A stretch of DNA of 64,000 bases from Octopus sinensis (Eukaryota). How positions within the stretch are numbered: position 1 is the stretch's first letter; each line of letters begins with the position of its first letter. A model generated the notes under the pieces. The model did not search any database. It saw only the letters and a program-made list of their open reading frames with translations, and was not told where the DNA came from. Location: contig NC_043012.1 of assembly GCF_006345805.1 (NCBI RefSeq), forward strand, positions 31,930,001 through 31,994,000. Direction: 5' to 3'. The position numbers were made by a program, and so were the translations under genes. This document shows positions 28,501-42,948 of this stretch, in pieces.

Positions 28501-31374
28501 AAGAATGAAAGAGTTATATGAGAAGTAGCGTATGGTGAAAAGCTTGTTAAATATAAAAAAGTGACGAATGAAAAACGTGATATTTTTAGCAAATCAAAAT
28601 AATTTTTTTTCACTTTAAGAGAAAAATATTTTTTGCACTCAAATGAAAGAGTTCATCGATACGAGTATTTTTGTGAAACCCCGTCTAAAAATATGGATAA
28701 GAAATGCTAATTTTTAGTTCATATAAAGTTTCACTATAATGATTATATATTAAAACATATGCATATTATAATAAAACAATTTCACTCTTTAAAAAAAGCT
28801 AATTATTAATTATTCAAATAGAATACAATATTACCTTATAATAAAAATCGTTTAATAGTATATTGATTTATTTGATTTAATTTGAAAAATTGGAACATAT
28901 TCTTTATAAGTTCTGGTAGCAATTTTCTCAGTTGTATTTTATTGCTTAAATTTTAATTTATCATTTCATTATGTTAGCTCGCGTTATTGATCTCATAGCA
29001 AAGACAAACACCGATAAACCTGTCTCTCCCTTAGGTACTTGTGCCGAAAAACTGGATTTGAATCATCACCGTTTGCTTAAGTATTTTGTATTTTCTCTCG
29101 GTTTATTCGATTGTCATATTGCTCTTCTATCTATTAAGATAGTCTACTAGTGTTATTCTTTAAAGAAAACAAGTTATTTTATGTTTATTAATCTACCCAT
29201 TACTATTCTACTATTACATATCAAGTTTTTAAAAATAAAGATTTTTATTTATTTATTAAATAATTTTATTTAAATTATAATTTATTCTATATTAATATCA
29301 TTAGAGTTAATACTATGACTTTTCTCCATGACGTCTTTACGTGCAATTTTTCATTTTATGCGAGTTTTTCTTTGCACTTTATATAATTTTCAAATTGATA
29401 CCATGGACTGTAAACGTATCTCTAATATCATTTATAATTATAATTATATTTCTAATCACCAGATAAAATGTTTTCACATTAAAGGAAGCTTTATAAATTA
29501 ACACCCAATAAGCACTCATTTTTGATTATAAATATTGCTTGCATTCTTTAATTTTAGTGCTTATTATTATTAAAGAGAAGAGGAGAAGTGAATCATAATT
29601 AGTACAGGAGACCTCCACAGAGCAACAATTCAATTCTGTAATAACTGTTGCCAACAGCATTCCAAAACATTCAGCATTCAGGTACATATTCCTTATTTTG
29701 CAGGCGTTTCAAGATTCATTAGTACTTATCTTATTCATTACCATTTCCTGGTGGCAAAACAATTATGATAAATTTGCATACCGAACAGATAATATTGCTT
29801 ATGAACAACAAAGAACAAAACACAAAATGTAATACTCAGTGCCAATACATTCATAAGTACTATACTCATTTTCCGAAATTGCGTTCGCCCATGGCCAGGC
29901 CATTATCACAATATGTTATTTTAGGGTTCTAAATTTCCATTACCAAAGTATCATATATTGCGTGTTGTACATACGTAATGATTTCCTAAATAAATTTAGG
30001 AAACAAAATCACACATTTATAAAAACAAAAAATACATTGCGATGAAAGAATTTCAAATAATCAATAAAAAACACAGTACAGAAGGACGAACACCATACAC
30101 TCAGTTCTATATGATATACATTATTCACATACATATGCTTCTGGGTTTTTCACAGAATGCAAAAGAACTAAAAGCCTCAATCCAATGTTGCGAATTGAAT
30201 ACAGATATCATATTTTCACATAAATGACAGCAAAGGGGCTAACTACAAAACAGCAGTACACATACAAATTATATAATATATGATATAATATAATACAATA
30301 CAATATTATATATATTATACATACACACACATATATATATATATAAATATATCCATTTAATATGTAGTCATTTTATAAAGTTCGCGAATAAGACACATGA
30401 TACTAAATTTCACCTTATTTTCGCAGGCGATTTGCGTAAGAAATGCACCATTCTCTTAAATTCCCTTACATCCCTTATATTTCTCTTCTATTGATAAAAA
30501 TCTACTCGAAGATGAGTGTTCATTGCTATTGCCAGCCACACAAAAATCCTTCTTAACAAAGAAGACTGGCAAATACTACAATGATAACGAACAATCCACC
30601 CTGTCATAGCAGGAATACTAGATTCAAGTAGCGCTATAACAACATGTTCAAACTACACTTCCAACAAAACATAATTCTTCTGCAATGTCTTTAACGGTTT
30701 GTCACTAGAAACCAACAAATCAAATTACTACTTTCATAAACTTTCAATTTCCTTGTTCGTTAAGAGAAATGTGGCTCCTTCTCTTCACTTCTTCAATTCC
30801 AATTCTTTCTTCATAATGCCTTTCTTTATTCTAAAATGTAGCCTCGTACTTGGCAGTATTCACTTCCTTTACTCTTATACAGCCTGTGGGAATATATATC
30901 AGCCAAAAGAAGAGAGCAACCAGTACAGGTACCTAATAACGATAACGAAGAAACCATCTTACAACAAAAGGAATCCGAAATTCGACTGGATCTATAATTA
31001 TGAATGCAGAATATACACTAAAAATAGTGAGACAAAGTTTTCGCCAATATACTTTGTAATGAACTGATGCACAGCCAAAAAATTCGCATTGAAATATATA
31101 TAAGTGCCGAGACAATTGTTCACACAGTTGAATATGATTCTACTCTTCTGAGACAATTTCTATTTACACCATTAACATAATTTTCACCGTTTCCTTTTAA
31201 AACATTATCATTCCTTCGGTTATAGCCATTACCGGTTTAGGACTATGAGTATCTATTCCTCCACAAACATGGAGAGATAACAATTTTCAATGTTTATGAT
31301 AATGGGGAAAAAAACAAAATATTCACGGTGTGAGAGTTATGAAATTCATATGACATGAATATCGATGACCAATA

Positions 31375-31790
31375 TAGGCGCAAGAGTGGATGTGTGGTAA
31401 GTAGCTTGTTTACCAACCACATGGTTCCGGGTTCAGTCCCACTGCGTGGCACCTTGGGCAAGTGTCTTCTCCTATAGCCTCGGGCCGACCAAAGCCTTGT
31501 GAGTGGATTTGGTAGACGGTAACTGAAAGAAGCCCGTCGTATATATGTATATATATATGCGTGTGTGTGTTTGTGTGTCTGTATTTGTCCCCCTAGCATT
31601 GCTTGACAACCGATGCTGGTGTGTTTATGTCCCCGTCACTTAGCGGTTCGGCAAAAGAGACCGATAAAATAAGTACTGGGCTTACAAAAGAATAAGTCCC
31701 GGGATCAAGTTGCTCGATTAAAGGCGGTGCTCCAGCATGTCCGCAGTCAAATGACTGAAAGAAGTAAAAGAGTAAAAGAGAGTAAGAGTA
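31375..31790 (+). mobile_element. SINE family 2 (tRNA head, CORE-like CCTTGGGCAAGTGTCTT), full length
   Basis: A-box TGTGTGGTAAG, B-box GGTTCAGTCCC, CORE-like motif, internal TA/TG microsatellite and (GAGTAAAA)n tail; matches 57751-58159. Confidence 0.92.
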
Positions 31791-32178
31791 ATACTATACC
31801 GTCGATAATAGAGTAACATGAGTTTTACTCAATTACACAAAAAAAATTGACACTCCGCGGTAACTTACGACAACTCATGTCCCAGTTAATATGATCAACG
31901 GAACAGCCTGCTCATCAAATTAACGTGAAAATGACTGAGTACTCCACAGACATGCAAAACTCTAACGTAGTTCTCATATAACGTAATTTCACAAATTAAG
32001 ATAGAGTGACGTCGTTTTTATGAAGTTTAAGGCGTGTTAGTATTTCCATACGTCTGAAATGAAATACAAAATATAAATCGTTTTTACATGTGATGTTCGT
32101 AAGTTATTTCAAATAGAACGTAAGATTGAAAGTTTTCTTAATAGTTCCAAACACCATTTCAATATTCATTCAAGCAGT

Positions 32179-32565
32179 AAGGCGGCGAACTGGCAGAATC
32201 GTTAGCACGCCGGACGAAATGCTTAGCAGTATTTCGTCTGCCGCTACGTTCTGAGGTCAAATCCCGCCGAGGTCGACTTTGCCTTTCATCCTTTCGATGT
32301 CGATTAAATAAGTACCAGTTACGCACTGGGGTCGATATAATCGACTTAATCCGTTTGTCTGTCCTTGTTTGTCCTCTCTGTGTTTAGCTCCTTGTGGGTA
32401 GTAAAGAAATAGGTATTTCGTGTCATTACGTTGAGTTCAAATCTCGCCGCGATCGACTTTACTTTTCAGGGTCGATAAATTAAGGACCAGTTGGGTACCG
32501 CGATTGATATAAACGACTGGCTCCCTCCTCGAAAATTTTTGGCCTTGTGCCTAGAATAGAAAAGG
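32179..32565 (+). mobile_element. SINE family 1, dimeric form
   Basis: Full unit followed by a second B-box/central-domain unit ending GGCCTTGTGCCTAGAATAGAAAAG. Confidence 0.9.
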
Positions 32566-32788
32566 ATATTTATTCAAGCATCAGGTGTTTTAAAAGCTCT
32601 GATTACCAGCTGAATGATTGGAAACGTGTAACTCAATGCACTGGAATTATGATCGTTTCAGTTATAAACTATTAAGGAATACTCTTATATTTTGAGTTCT
32701 AAAATCTATCACTTCTCGGCCAATGAAAAAATGTTGCTCCCTCTCTGTATCTCCTTTCTTTTTTTCTTTCTTTCTTTCACGCGCGCAT

Positions 32789-32844
<56 letters not shown>

Positions 32845-34765
32845 ATTATAAATAAGAGCAAAAGCAAAAAAGGTTTCTATGCCAATTTGCTGAAAATAGA
32901 CGTTAAATCGTCAATTGCCACATACAATATACATCACTATGAATATACATCGTGCTGAAATCGAGGAAGGCAAGGTAAAAGAATTTTTTTTAAATGAGTT
33001 ATCTCTATATTGAATCAATTTCGGGATCAATCCAACGGATTTTTCCCACATCAGTAGAGAATACGATAAGAAATAAATGGAATACTTACAAGCAACCATG
33101 GAAAAAAGAGTCATGTGTACACATAAGTACCCCAGTTATATGCAATAGTCGGTAATGATTATTTCATTAGGAGTACATAAAATATAAAATATATCTCCTC
33201 TCTGTCTTTCTTTATATATGTGTGTGTGAGTATGTGTGTGTATGTGTATGTGTGTGCCTCTTGTGGGCTTATGTATCAATTTAAACGCACGTAGTGAAGC
33301 GATAGTATTCTAGGACGTTACCACAAGACGACACTTAATGATGAATAAGAAAATAAAGATTAAATAATTTCGACCCAACCATCAATTCAAACGATATTAT
33401 TGTTGTGGCACATACACAAACAGCAAAGTTTCATCTGTTATAAATGTAAGTTTAATTAGTTGTTGGCATTTACATTAATATGTAACTTGTAGGACACTTG
33501 GTCGCGTACTGTGTAATCATTTCCGTCTAAGTATTTCAATCATATCATAGCACAAATGTAAATATTAGTGAACAAGTGTAGTTTTCTTTGAATGTTCACT
33601 TTGACATTTATAGTGAATAAATGGTTTCCCCCGTTTCTAACATAAATTCGATACAAATCTGTCATCAAAGGCATTTGTTTGATAAATCACAAATTCTGGA
33701 AGGCCAGAAGTTCTGATCATAGTTTTAAAGTTGATCTGAGGCCAATTTACTTTTAATAAATTTCCCTTACAGCGAAATTGGATTGGGGGATGCAAGTTAT
33801 GACTTAAAATCATTTGGTTATTAATATGGTTATATGCTTTATGCCGGAGAGTTTATAGTTCAGGAACCTACATTAACATCGCATACACAAAAAACAAAAA
33901 CAATAACAATATGGTTATTGTTGCTGAACGTTTCTGCTGGGTTCTACGTTGCTCCATATTTAATGTACATTCGTGAATTATCTGAATAAACTTTACAGCA
34001 ACAATGCATTTAATCTCTGCTCCAATATGTGGATATGATAGATTTTCAGATGGAGGTCTGAAATATTAATTCAGCAACAATATCACGCTTATAATCTGAA
34101 GTAATTCATGTAGAATTTTATGACCATTTTTAATTGCATTACGTTACTACCAGAATAAGAGCCTATTGTGCATTCCATGTCATTTCTAAATCTTTACATC
34201 TTTCTCTGTTATTAATTAGCGTTACATTCATGTATAATTTCAAGAATAATGACAGTGAAAACTGCTTACAACATTTAGTTACGTCTCTTTACGCTCAAAC
34301 TTCGAATGATGTCAAGACTGACACTCCAGATCGATAAAATACCAACCTGTTATATACTGGATTAGTTAAAAATACTGTACTCTCTTACAAAAGTTGCCCT
34401 TGTTGTTGTTATGGTTGTAATAATATCAGAGTACTGCAACTTGTATCTCCGTAAGCCTTGTTCAGTAATATAAGCTGTTATAACTGTATCACTAATATCG
34501 TGTGGATTGCGGTGGTAATATTTTTCTCGGTTCACCCACGGAACGAGGGTGTATACGTTGGTACTTATTTTGAGTTATCTAGAAAAACAGAGATTTTGAA
34601 ATTTTTCAGACATTCATAAGTGAGAACAAATATTGACAAAAACGGATATGAGAGAGTGTTCAAAACGCTCTACATTCCAAGGAGTATTATGACGGAAACA
34701 TGGCAACGAAACATAGTGCCAATGCCGCCAGTGAGAACTGAAGCAAATTTAGCTGATCAAAGTAA

Positions 34766-35266
34766 CGGATTATTTTTAAAGAAACCAGTGACAACGACAG
34801 CTTCAACGAAATTAGCAACAGTGACAAAATAGCAACAACAAAAGCATTATCAACAGCAACAAGGAAAGCAACAAGAACGAGGACAGCAACAGCAAGAACA
34901 AGACCGAAACGAACAACAACAACAACACCTAGGAGATCAATTACACCAATAAAAACTAAAACAACTGTCTGCAAAAGAAGAATAACCTCAGCAACATTAA
35001 CAACAACAAAGATAAATGTTTATAACAAACATCTTTTTCGAGGGCAGTTAATCGGTGAGGGAAGCGTGGCTGTGTATTTGCCAGAAGGTTTGTATGGTAA
35101 AGGCCTCCAGTATAAACATAATACTGCCAAACCAGGTGTAATATGTCTTAAAGGGGAAGAGAACACGAGCTCCGAAAAACGAAAGGTTATATATAAACGC
35201 ATCCGTCGAAAAGACAGAAGACTTAAATTTCCTCTTGCAGTAGAAAACATCCTTGAAGATGTGTAG
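34766..35266 (+). other. Stop-free frame of 166 codons (Thr/Arg/Ala-rich stalk plus ~90 aa complex tail); coding status unknown
   Basis: Manual translation: open from after TAA at 34763 to TAG at 35264-35266. No ATG and no recognisable domain. Confidence 0.25.
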
Positions 35267-35278
35267 CTCTCAGTTCTA

Positions 35279-35331
<53 letters not shown>

Positions 35332-35457
35332 ACACACACACATATATATATTTGCATATATATATGTATATATATATATATATGTATATATATATTTATA
35401 TACATATATATATATATATTATATATATATATATATTATATATATATATATATATAC

Positions 35458-35495
<38 letters not shown>

Positions 35496-35496
35496 C

Positions 35497-35565
<69 letters not shown>

Positions 35566-36574
35566 AGAAGACTACGGGACAGAAGCTGGTATATGTATCA
35601 GCAAGCAGGAAGTTTGGAAAATGGCTACAATAACTTGTACCTCACAGAGCCATATTACATTTCTCAAGTGTTTATGCTGGTGTCAGTCCATAACCCATTT
35701 AAACACTTTTTACTTGGATGTGTAACTCATTAAAAAAAATCAGTCTATAATAGTATAGCTTAGCTGGCAGTAGTTTCCATTAATTCTGAATACAGAGAAT
35801 TCGTGGTTTTTCGCTTCGTTAAGGTTCCTTTCATATTCTTCCACGGAATCTTGCTCTTGTAACCTTCTTACCCATGCATAAGAGACCTGGTAGACGTTTA
35901 TGTTGTTGTTCTTTCAGTTGCTGGTTCTGATGTTCATATTATATTGGTGGTTGTGGATGATGGTTTTTCTAGATGTACAAGCGAATGTGCTAGTAGCGAT
36001 GTCTCTGGTGGTGCATGAAGTGGCAAAGCTGCTGGTTTCCATGGTGTCTACGACTTTGAAGTGGTTACTTGATAAACGGGAAATTTCGTTGTTACTGTAA
36101 CCTTTGCTGTATTTATTATTCTTTCCGTTCCGAATATTGCTGTTGTTGATACTGCTGTGCTTGTTACTAGCAGCCGAAATCGATTCAACAGCAAGGCTTC
36201 GAACTCTCACTCTACTCATAACATCACCGTAGGTTTTATTAAACTCTCTCATTCTCCCGCTGATGTATTGTTTCAACCGCGACTGACTCCATCAACAAGC
36301 TTCAAAGGAAATTACAAATCTTCCACTTGAAGCAAAATTAATATCGGCAGGTCACCCAAGGAATGAAGTTGGGGAGATTAAATAAAAAGGACCTCACCAG
36401 CAAATAACAGATTATTTTTCCCCACCATTTTACAAAAAACTGAAATGGGAAATAATTGTCATGGCCAACAATAATTGTCATGGCCATTATGACCAAGTAA
36501 TCATTGTTAATTTCTAACTGGAAAAGATCATTTTAGAGCATAACGTATTCAGTAATACTCGAAGTACCAACCCC

Positions 36575-37122
36575 CACTGAATGGTCGATTGGTACTTATT
36601 TTATCGACCTCGAAACGACGAAAGGCAAAGTCTACCTCGGTGAGTTTTAGAATGTACTTTGAATGTAAGGACAGTAATTCCGTTAAGTATTTTGTCTGGC
36701 GTGGTAACCATTCTGCCAGCTCACCGCCTTTCCTAAATGAAATAGAAGATACTCATATAAATGTAAACAATTCTATCTTTATATAAAATCGGTTTCAAAT
36801 TTTAGCTGAAAGCTAGCAATTTCGGAAAAGGAATTTACACACAGAAAATAAAGATGGACGAAATGTCGCTCATCATTTTGCCCGACGTGCTAACAATTCT
36901 GCGAAATCGTCACTTTGTATTTGTATGTAAATATTGATTTCAAATTCTAGCACAAGATCATCTCATTTGAGGGAAGAGTTAAACCGGTAACATCATCACC
37001 AGTGTTTGACTGTTTCTTATTTTATCGACCCGGAAGGGTGAAAGGCGCTTCGGAACTTAAAGACAGACGAAATGTTGCTAAGCATTTTGTCACAAATGCT
37101 AACGTTTCTGCCAGCTTGCCAT
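36575..37122 (-). mobile_element. Cluster of three old, diverged family-1-like SINE copies
   Basis: Three A-box-bearing heads near 36730, 36905 and 37120, with central TTTATCGACC..GAAAGG motifs in two of them. Confidence 0.7.
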
Positions 37123-37927
37123 TTTATGTATATAAATGTTGACCACATTTCGTTTTTGGATTTGGTTTGAAGATTCTTTATATGAGTTCGTGTGTTGAAG
37201 TATATTTTAAGAAAATAAACTTTAGGAAAATAAAAAAAATTAAAAAAGTGGAAATATTACCGGTGAGTGTGTTAAATAATAAGGCACAAAAAGAAAATGA
37301 CTCTCCCCAGACACAACAGAATATTGACCACAGTTTCTCAGTTTTCTAATATCATATATGTAAGGCATTATCTTAAATATATTCAGCACAAACCAAAGGC
37401 TATCTCTATTCAGTTTTCTCCACAAAAATAATGCCGTTCGTAAACTAATAGCAGATACTAACGCAATTGCTACTATAGTATATTTTTCCACGATTTCCTA
37501 TAAACAGACGTTAGTCAGACGCAACCTGATACCATTCGCCTGCTCTTCACCACATTCATGAAAGACCCTTTGTACGCATTCTCTTAAATATGATCTACAT
37601 TTAACCAGCCACAAGTATTAAATATGTGAAAGAAACGGCATTGAACTTCTTCACATTCCCCTGTCATAAACAAACACAACTATATTCTAACAAATACAAG
37701 ACTGGGTCATTTATTGACTCTGTTAATCCATTCTTACTTAAAATGTCTATGTGTCTCGCTGCTCTCATAATAAAACTAAGGCTAAAGACACATTTCAGAC
37801 AAATCTGTCAACAGAAGATATACATAATACAATGCAAGCGTTTTATTGTAATAAGATAAATAAATAAAATGATATCAAATAAGTAAAAGTATTAAACACT
37901 TTTTTCACGCATTTAAAATAAAAATAC

Positions 37928-38226
37928 TTGTTTGTTCCTTCTCGGGCTATACCTGGCTCATAAGGGCCGGTTTCCCGGTTTCCTTGGCGTATAGGCTCCC
38001 CACCTGAACGGGACACCGATCCGTCGCAGGTGAGCTGCAAGATGCAGGAGGAAAGAGTGAGAGAAAGTCGTGGCGAAAGAGTCATCAGAAGTTCGCCATT
38101 ACCTTCTGCCGGAGTCTCGTGGAGCTTAGGTTTTTCGCTCATAAACACATACATCGCCCGGTATGAGATTCGAACCCGCGATCCCTCGACCACGAGTCCG
38201 CTGCTCTAACAACTAGGCCATGTGGT
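37928..38226 (-). mobile_element. SINE family 3 (tRNA head, V-domain-like core)
   Basis: A-box TGGCCTAGTTGTTAGAGC and B-box GGGTTCGAATCTC. Core CCTGCGACGGATCGGTGTCCCGTTCAGG resembles the V-SINE domain. (AAC)-like tail. Confidence 0.8.
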
Positions 38227-38267
38227 TTCACAATAATGCTTGACCTGCAAGATTGAATATATTGGTG

Positions 38268-38470
38268 TAAATTTTGGCTCAACGCCAGAAATTTGGGGAG
38301 AGGGGGTAAGTCGATTATATTGACCCCAAGGCTCAACTGATACATGTTTTTATCGACCCTGAAAGGCAAAGTCGACCTCGGCGAAATTTGAACTCAGAGC
38401 ATATGGATGGACGGAATGCTGCTAAACACTTTCCCCAGCGTGCTAACAATTCTACCAGTTAGACGCCTTG
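38268..38470 (-). mobile_element. SINE family 1-related copy
   Basis: Reverse complement contains CTGAGTTCAAATTTCGCCGAGGTCGACTTTGCCTTTC and an A-box-like head. Confidence 0.85.
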
Positions 38471-38969
38471 GATAGTTTAAATATATTGAGTTAAATATAA
38501 TCAGTAACTCTTCGAATTGTTATTGTGGATGAATGAATGTTTATGGTAAAACAGCTTGCGGTCAAAGTCTTATTCTTCGGAACTTTACAAGACGATATCA
38601 AATGAAATGAAAACATACATGCCTATGAATAAATATACATACTTATGAATACAATATAACTGAAAGATATATAATGTTTAAAAGTTATTCCACAAAACCA
38701 ATCATTACTCGCACTAATATTAATGCTAAATGGCATAAAAATCGGAATTTTATCGAAGTATTATATATATCACAACATCCTTAGTCCGTACGCTTACAGC
38801 AGAGAATATATAACCATTTTAATGTTCCCTGCATTCTTATTGGATACATGCATACATAGTTAACAACACACACACACACACACACACATTAATTAGAGGC
38901 CCACTCAGCAATGTTGAATGAAATATAGCTATCCAATATCATATTTACACACACACACATACACACATA

Positions 38970-39035
<66 letters not shown>

Positions 39036-39071
39036 ATATATAAATGTATATATATATATATATATGTATAT

Positions 39072-39471
39072 ATGCTGGATACGTGCTCTCTCAAAAGTGT
39101 CGATCCCCTCCTTAACCTGCTTCCTCCATCTGTGGCGATGGCAGGCATTGTTCTCCCAGTCAGTGTCCTGTATATCAAAAGCCTTTAACGAGGACTTGAC
39201 ACAGTCCTTAAATCGTAGCCTTGGTTTCTGCCGGAGTCTCCTTCCATTCACAAGTTCTCCATAGAGCATCTGCTTAGGAATCCTTCTATCCTCCATTCTA
39301 ATAAGTATAGTGAATGGGGAAAGCTTGGTCTGCAATGTTTGCAGTCGTGAATGCTTGTCAAGAGCAGGGCTAATTAGCCACCAACGGAGCCGCAAATGCA
39401 AAATATAAGTGAGTCCTAGAGCGCACAATGTTCCTCGGTCACGAGTGGACGGCCATCATCATCATCATCAT
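39072..39471 (+). mobile_element. RTE LINE 3' fragment with inverted 5' segment
   Basis: Minus 39305-39072 encodes LIRMEDRRIPKQMLYGEL...RFKDCVKSSLKAFDI...W...ERARIQH. Plus 39306-39471 encodes GESLVCNVCSRECLSRAGLISHQRS, then a 3' UTR and (CAT)n tail. Confidence 0.9.
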
Positions 39472-39660
39472 GTATATATATATATATATTATATATATAT
39501 ATATATATAATGTGAAATAGAAAGATGAATAATCTTGTTGCAGATTAATCAAAAGTTTAAGCGATACCTTGGTAGCAAAAATCACAGCAGAAGACAGCAC
39601 GGTCGGAGGTACAACCATATGGTGTTGCAACCGTGCGTTGGTGCGGATAATTGAATATTA

Positions 39661-39987
39661 ATATTATTAGTGAATTGAAGAAATGGAGTTGAACGAAGAT
39701 TGAACAGAAATCGCTTTATTTCATTCTACACGTGTTTCGAAAGGCACAATTTACCAAATTCCGATTGAATAATGAGACCATATTGTGTCTTTCTCTTCAG
39801 GAAGAAATAGGAAATCCGTTGGAAAAAACAAAAACAGAACAGAGGCGGAGCAAAACAAATCGAACGAGGCTCCTAAGAGCCCATGGCCAAATCGGAATTT
39901 GGTAAATTGTGCCTTTCGAAACACGTGTAGAATGAAATAAAGCAATTTCTGTTCAATCTTCGTTCAACTCCATTTCTTCAATTCACT

Positions 39988-39995
<8 letters not shown>
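39661..39995. repeat. Inverted repeat, 106-bp arms (39661-39766 / 39890-39995), 123-bp spacer, HHR-bearing
   Basis: Arms differ at about 1 position; the right arm ends at (TA)n. Confidence 0.95.
39718..39808 (-). ncRNA. Type I hammerhead ribozyme, canonical core, long helix II
   Basis: ATTTCTTC-CTGAAGA-GAAAGACACAAT...ATTGTGCCTTTC-GAAAC-ACGT-GTA-GAATGAAAT. Canonical core; 12-bp helix II with one mismatch; palindromic helix III (ACACGTGT); GUA cleavage triplet. Confidence 0.85.
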
Positions 39996-40042
<47 letters not shown>

Positions 40043-40141
40043 TATACATATATACACATATAGGCATACACACATAAACACACATACATACGCACCACCG
40101 CACGAACACACACGTACACACACACACACACACACACACAC

Positions 40142-40231
<90 letters not shown>

Positions 40232-41480
40232 TAAAAATTATATGTTGGCGTACTTGTCCGGGAATATAATTCCATAACTATGTATATTTAGAGGCTCTAT
40301 CGTTATGCATTTCAGAAAACCAGTATCATTTGATGAAATGAATATCTTGTTTCAATTTTCATTTGTAACTATGCGATTCAATGTAATAAAATCTCAACAA
40401 GAGCACTCAGAGAGCGCAAATCTCCACCAAGGCAACACCAACGTCCTCCCAGCGATAACCCAGAGATGATTTCTAAAATGAGAATATTTTAAATAAATTC
40501 GACTGCTCTCATAAACGAGAATACTAAAAATGAAACCAACCGCTCTCCAAAATTAAGTAAGGAAACCGGAAAAATAATCCAAAATCCATGTCTGCAACTG
40601 GATCGAGCCCAAAATCTAATCAGATCGTGCCAGTCACAACACCAAACATTCCTGAAAGTTTTATTGGAATCCATCGAGCATTTCTTGAGTTATTTTGTCC
40701 ATGGACAAACAAACGAACATGACTGAAAACAAAACATCCCCCTTCGCTAAGGCGAAAGTAACAATGGCAAAGGTTATATAATTTCCTTCTGTAAGTATAT
40801 TATCCTTTAATAAATTACTTAAAAGTAATTATGAATAAAGAGAATATCTAACATCTACATTCAATTTCTTTGGAGAAAGAGGATTACTTCTCTGGAGACA
40901 ACTTGTGCAGCGTATTGGCTTTCCATGTCCGAATGCACACGGAGTGCGATGTATCAACAGCACGCCAATACAATATTTTGGCACACAATATGTTTTATTA
41001 TCCTCCACCATTTCACAGCTGGTTCTCAGATGCCGGATGCAAAAACGGGCAATTTATATATATATAATATTGATGCAATACAATTTGTGGAAATAAATCG
41101 CCATGCTTTGAAAGCTTTTGAAGCATGAATTGAACACTTGAGTATCTATTCAACTTTATTTATTATATTACCTCATTGCGTGACATGTGAATTTTATGTA
41201 ACAAGGATTGGAGTTTCAAATACCCGATACAATTAAATAAAATGTGTCATCATTATTCGTGCAGAGAACACTGCTAATCAAAAACAACCTGAAGGCTACT
41301 GAGATAATAATCACGATCATTAGAATGCAAAGTAATTAATATAATCCATCCATCCGTCCGTCCATCCATCCATCCATCTATCCATACATACATACACACA
41401 CACACGCACACACACATTATTTATTATTTGTTATTTAACTGAACGCCACGCATCCATTTCACCTTTTTGATGCCACTCAC

Positions 41481-41538
<58 letters not shown>

Positions 41539-42659
41539 CTCATATAATTGCACACGGGTCTCAGAAAAGTTTGGCAGTGTATAACTATTGGATATTTGTT
41601 GATGATTTCTGCTATATTTTACTCAGCACACCTAAAAAGATTCATCTACAACATTTTCTACATACGTATAGTATTCATAGTTTCAATGCAGACATAAACT
41701 TGAAATATATCAAAATAGGTGCAGAATGCCATGGCAGAGCATCACTGCTTATCATTATTATCGAACAACCTGATCGAAAATTGAATCTTGGTACGGAATT
41801 TTGATTAGTAGCTCAGTGTAGTTACTTTGACATCAATAATAGCCTCTGTACCTCGGTATATCAGCCAGATAGAGTTTTCAGATTAGATGGGAGTTCATTT
41901 CGCTTAGATTTACCTCAGTATTAAAGGGGAAGTCAGTTAAATTGTTTTTAATTACAGCATATATTCTTTATGGTTTCTTGATGTATCCGTTAAAGAAAAC
42001 ACGTTGATGTGTTGATAAGCTTATCAATCCGCGGTTGTCATGAAACCAAGCGCAGATCCCTAATCAGGTTCATCAAATTGCTTGTTGATTGGCAAAAGCA
42101 TGAGTTCCCCTAGCTTTGTTGACAAATGCAGTGCACTGACTGACGAAATGCAGTTGTCCAACTCCTGCATACGATACAACACCCTGACGTATGGCTCTAG
42201 CGTAACATCATCTTCGTTTTTCTCGTTTACTAACATCTCTGTTTTTCTCAACATGAAAATGTTCACTAAAGTCTTGCTCATAGCCATGTTTCCCACCTCG
42301 GCAGCGATGAGATTTTCTTTGGTAATTTCATATTTGATTTCTACTTGTGATTTCTTTCCATAGATATTTTCTTCGTATGTTTACGATTGTAAGTTGCTCA
42401 TAGATACAAAATGCCCAAGAGTACACAACAGACATATCAGTACGTATACAAACATAAAAAGATATTTCCAAATATAGCTTGGAAATATATTTATAATCGA
42501 GACGGAAATACGTTTTTCAAACTTGTGAAAAGAATTCAGATTTCTGCAAACATTGGTTTAAATTCCCCAAGCACAATGCAAATAATGACTGACAGTGCCT
42601 TATCATGGGAATGGAAAATGTAATAGTAGCGTTATATTAGTGATAAACACAGATACACA

Positions 42660-42706
<47 letters not shown>

Positions 42707-42948
42707 TTATGTATATATATGTGTATATATGTATATATGTATAAATATATATTCATGTATGTATATGTATGTATGTATGTATGTATGTGTGCATGTTTGT
42801 CAGTGTGTGTGTGTGTGTGTGTGCATGCATATTACGGGGTAGAGTGTGGGGGAATGGTTAACACATCCACTTCGCAAGCCTAAATACTTTAGTTCGATTC
42901 CACTGAATGAAATCTAGAGCAAAATCATGTTTTTCATGCATTACTCTA

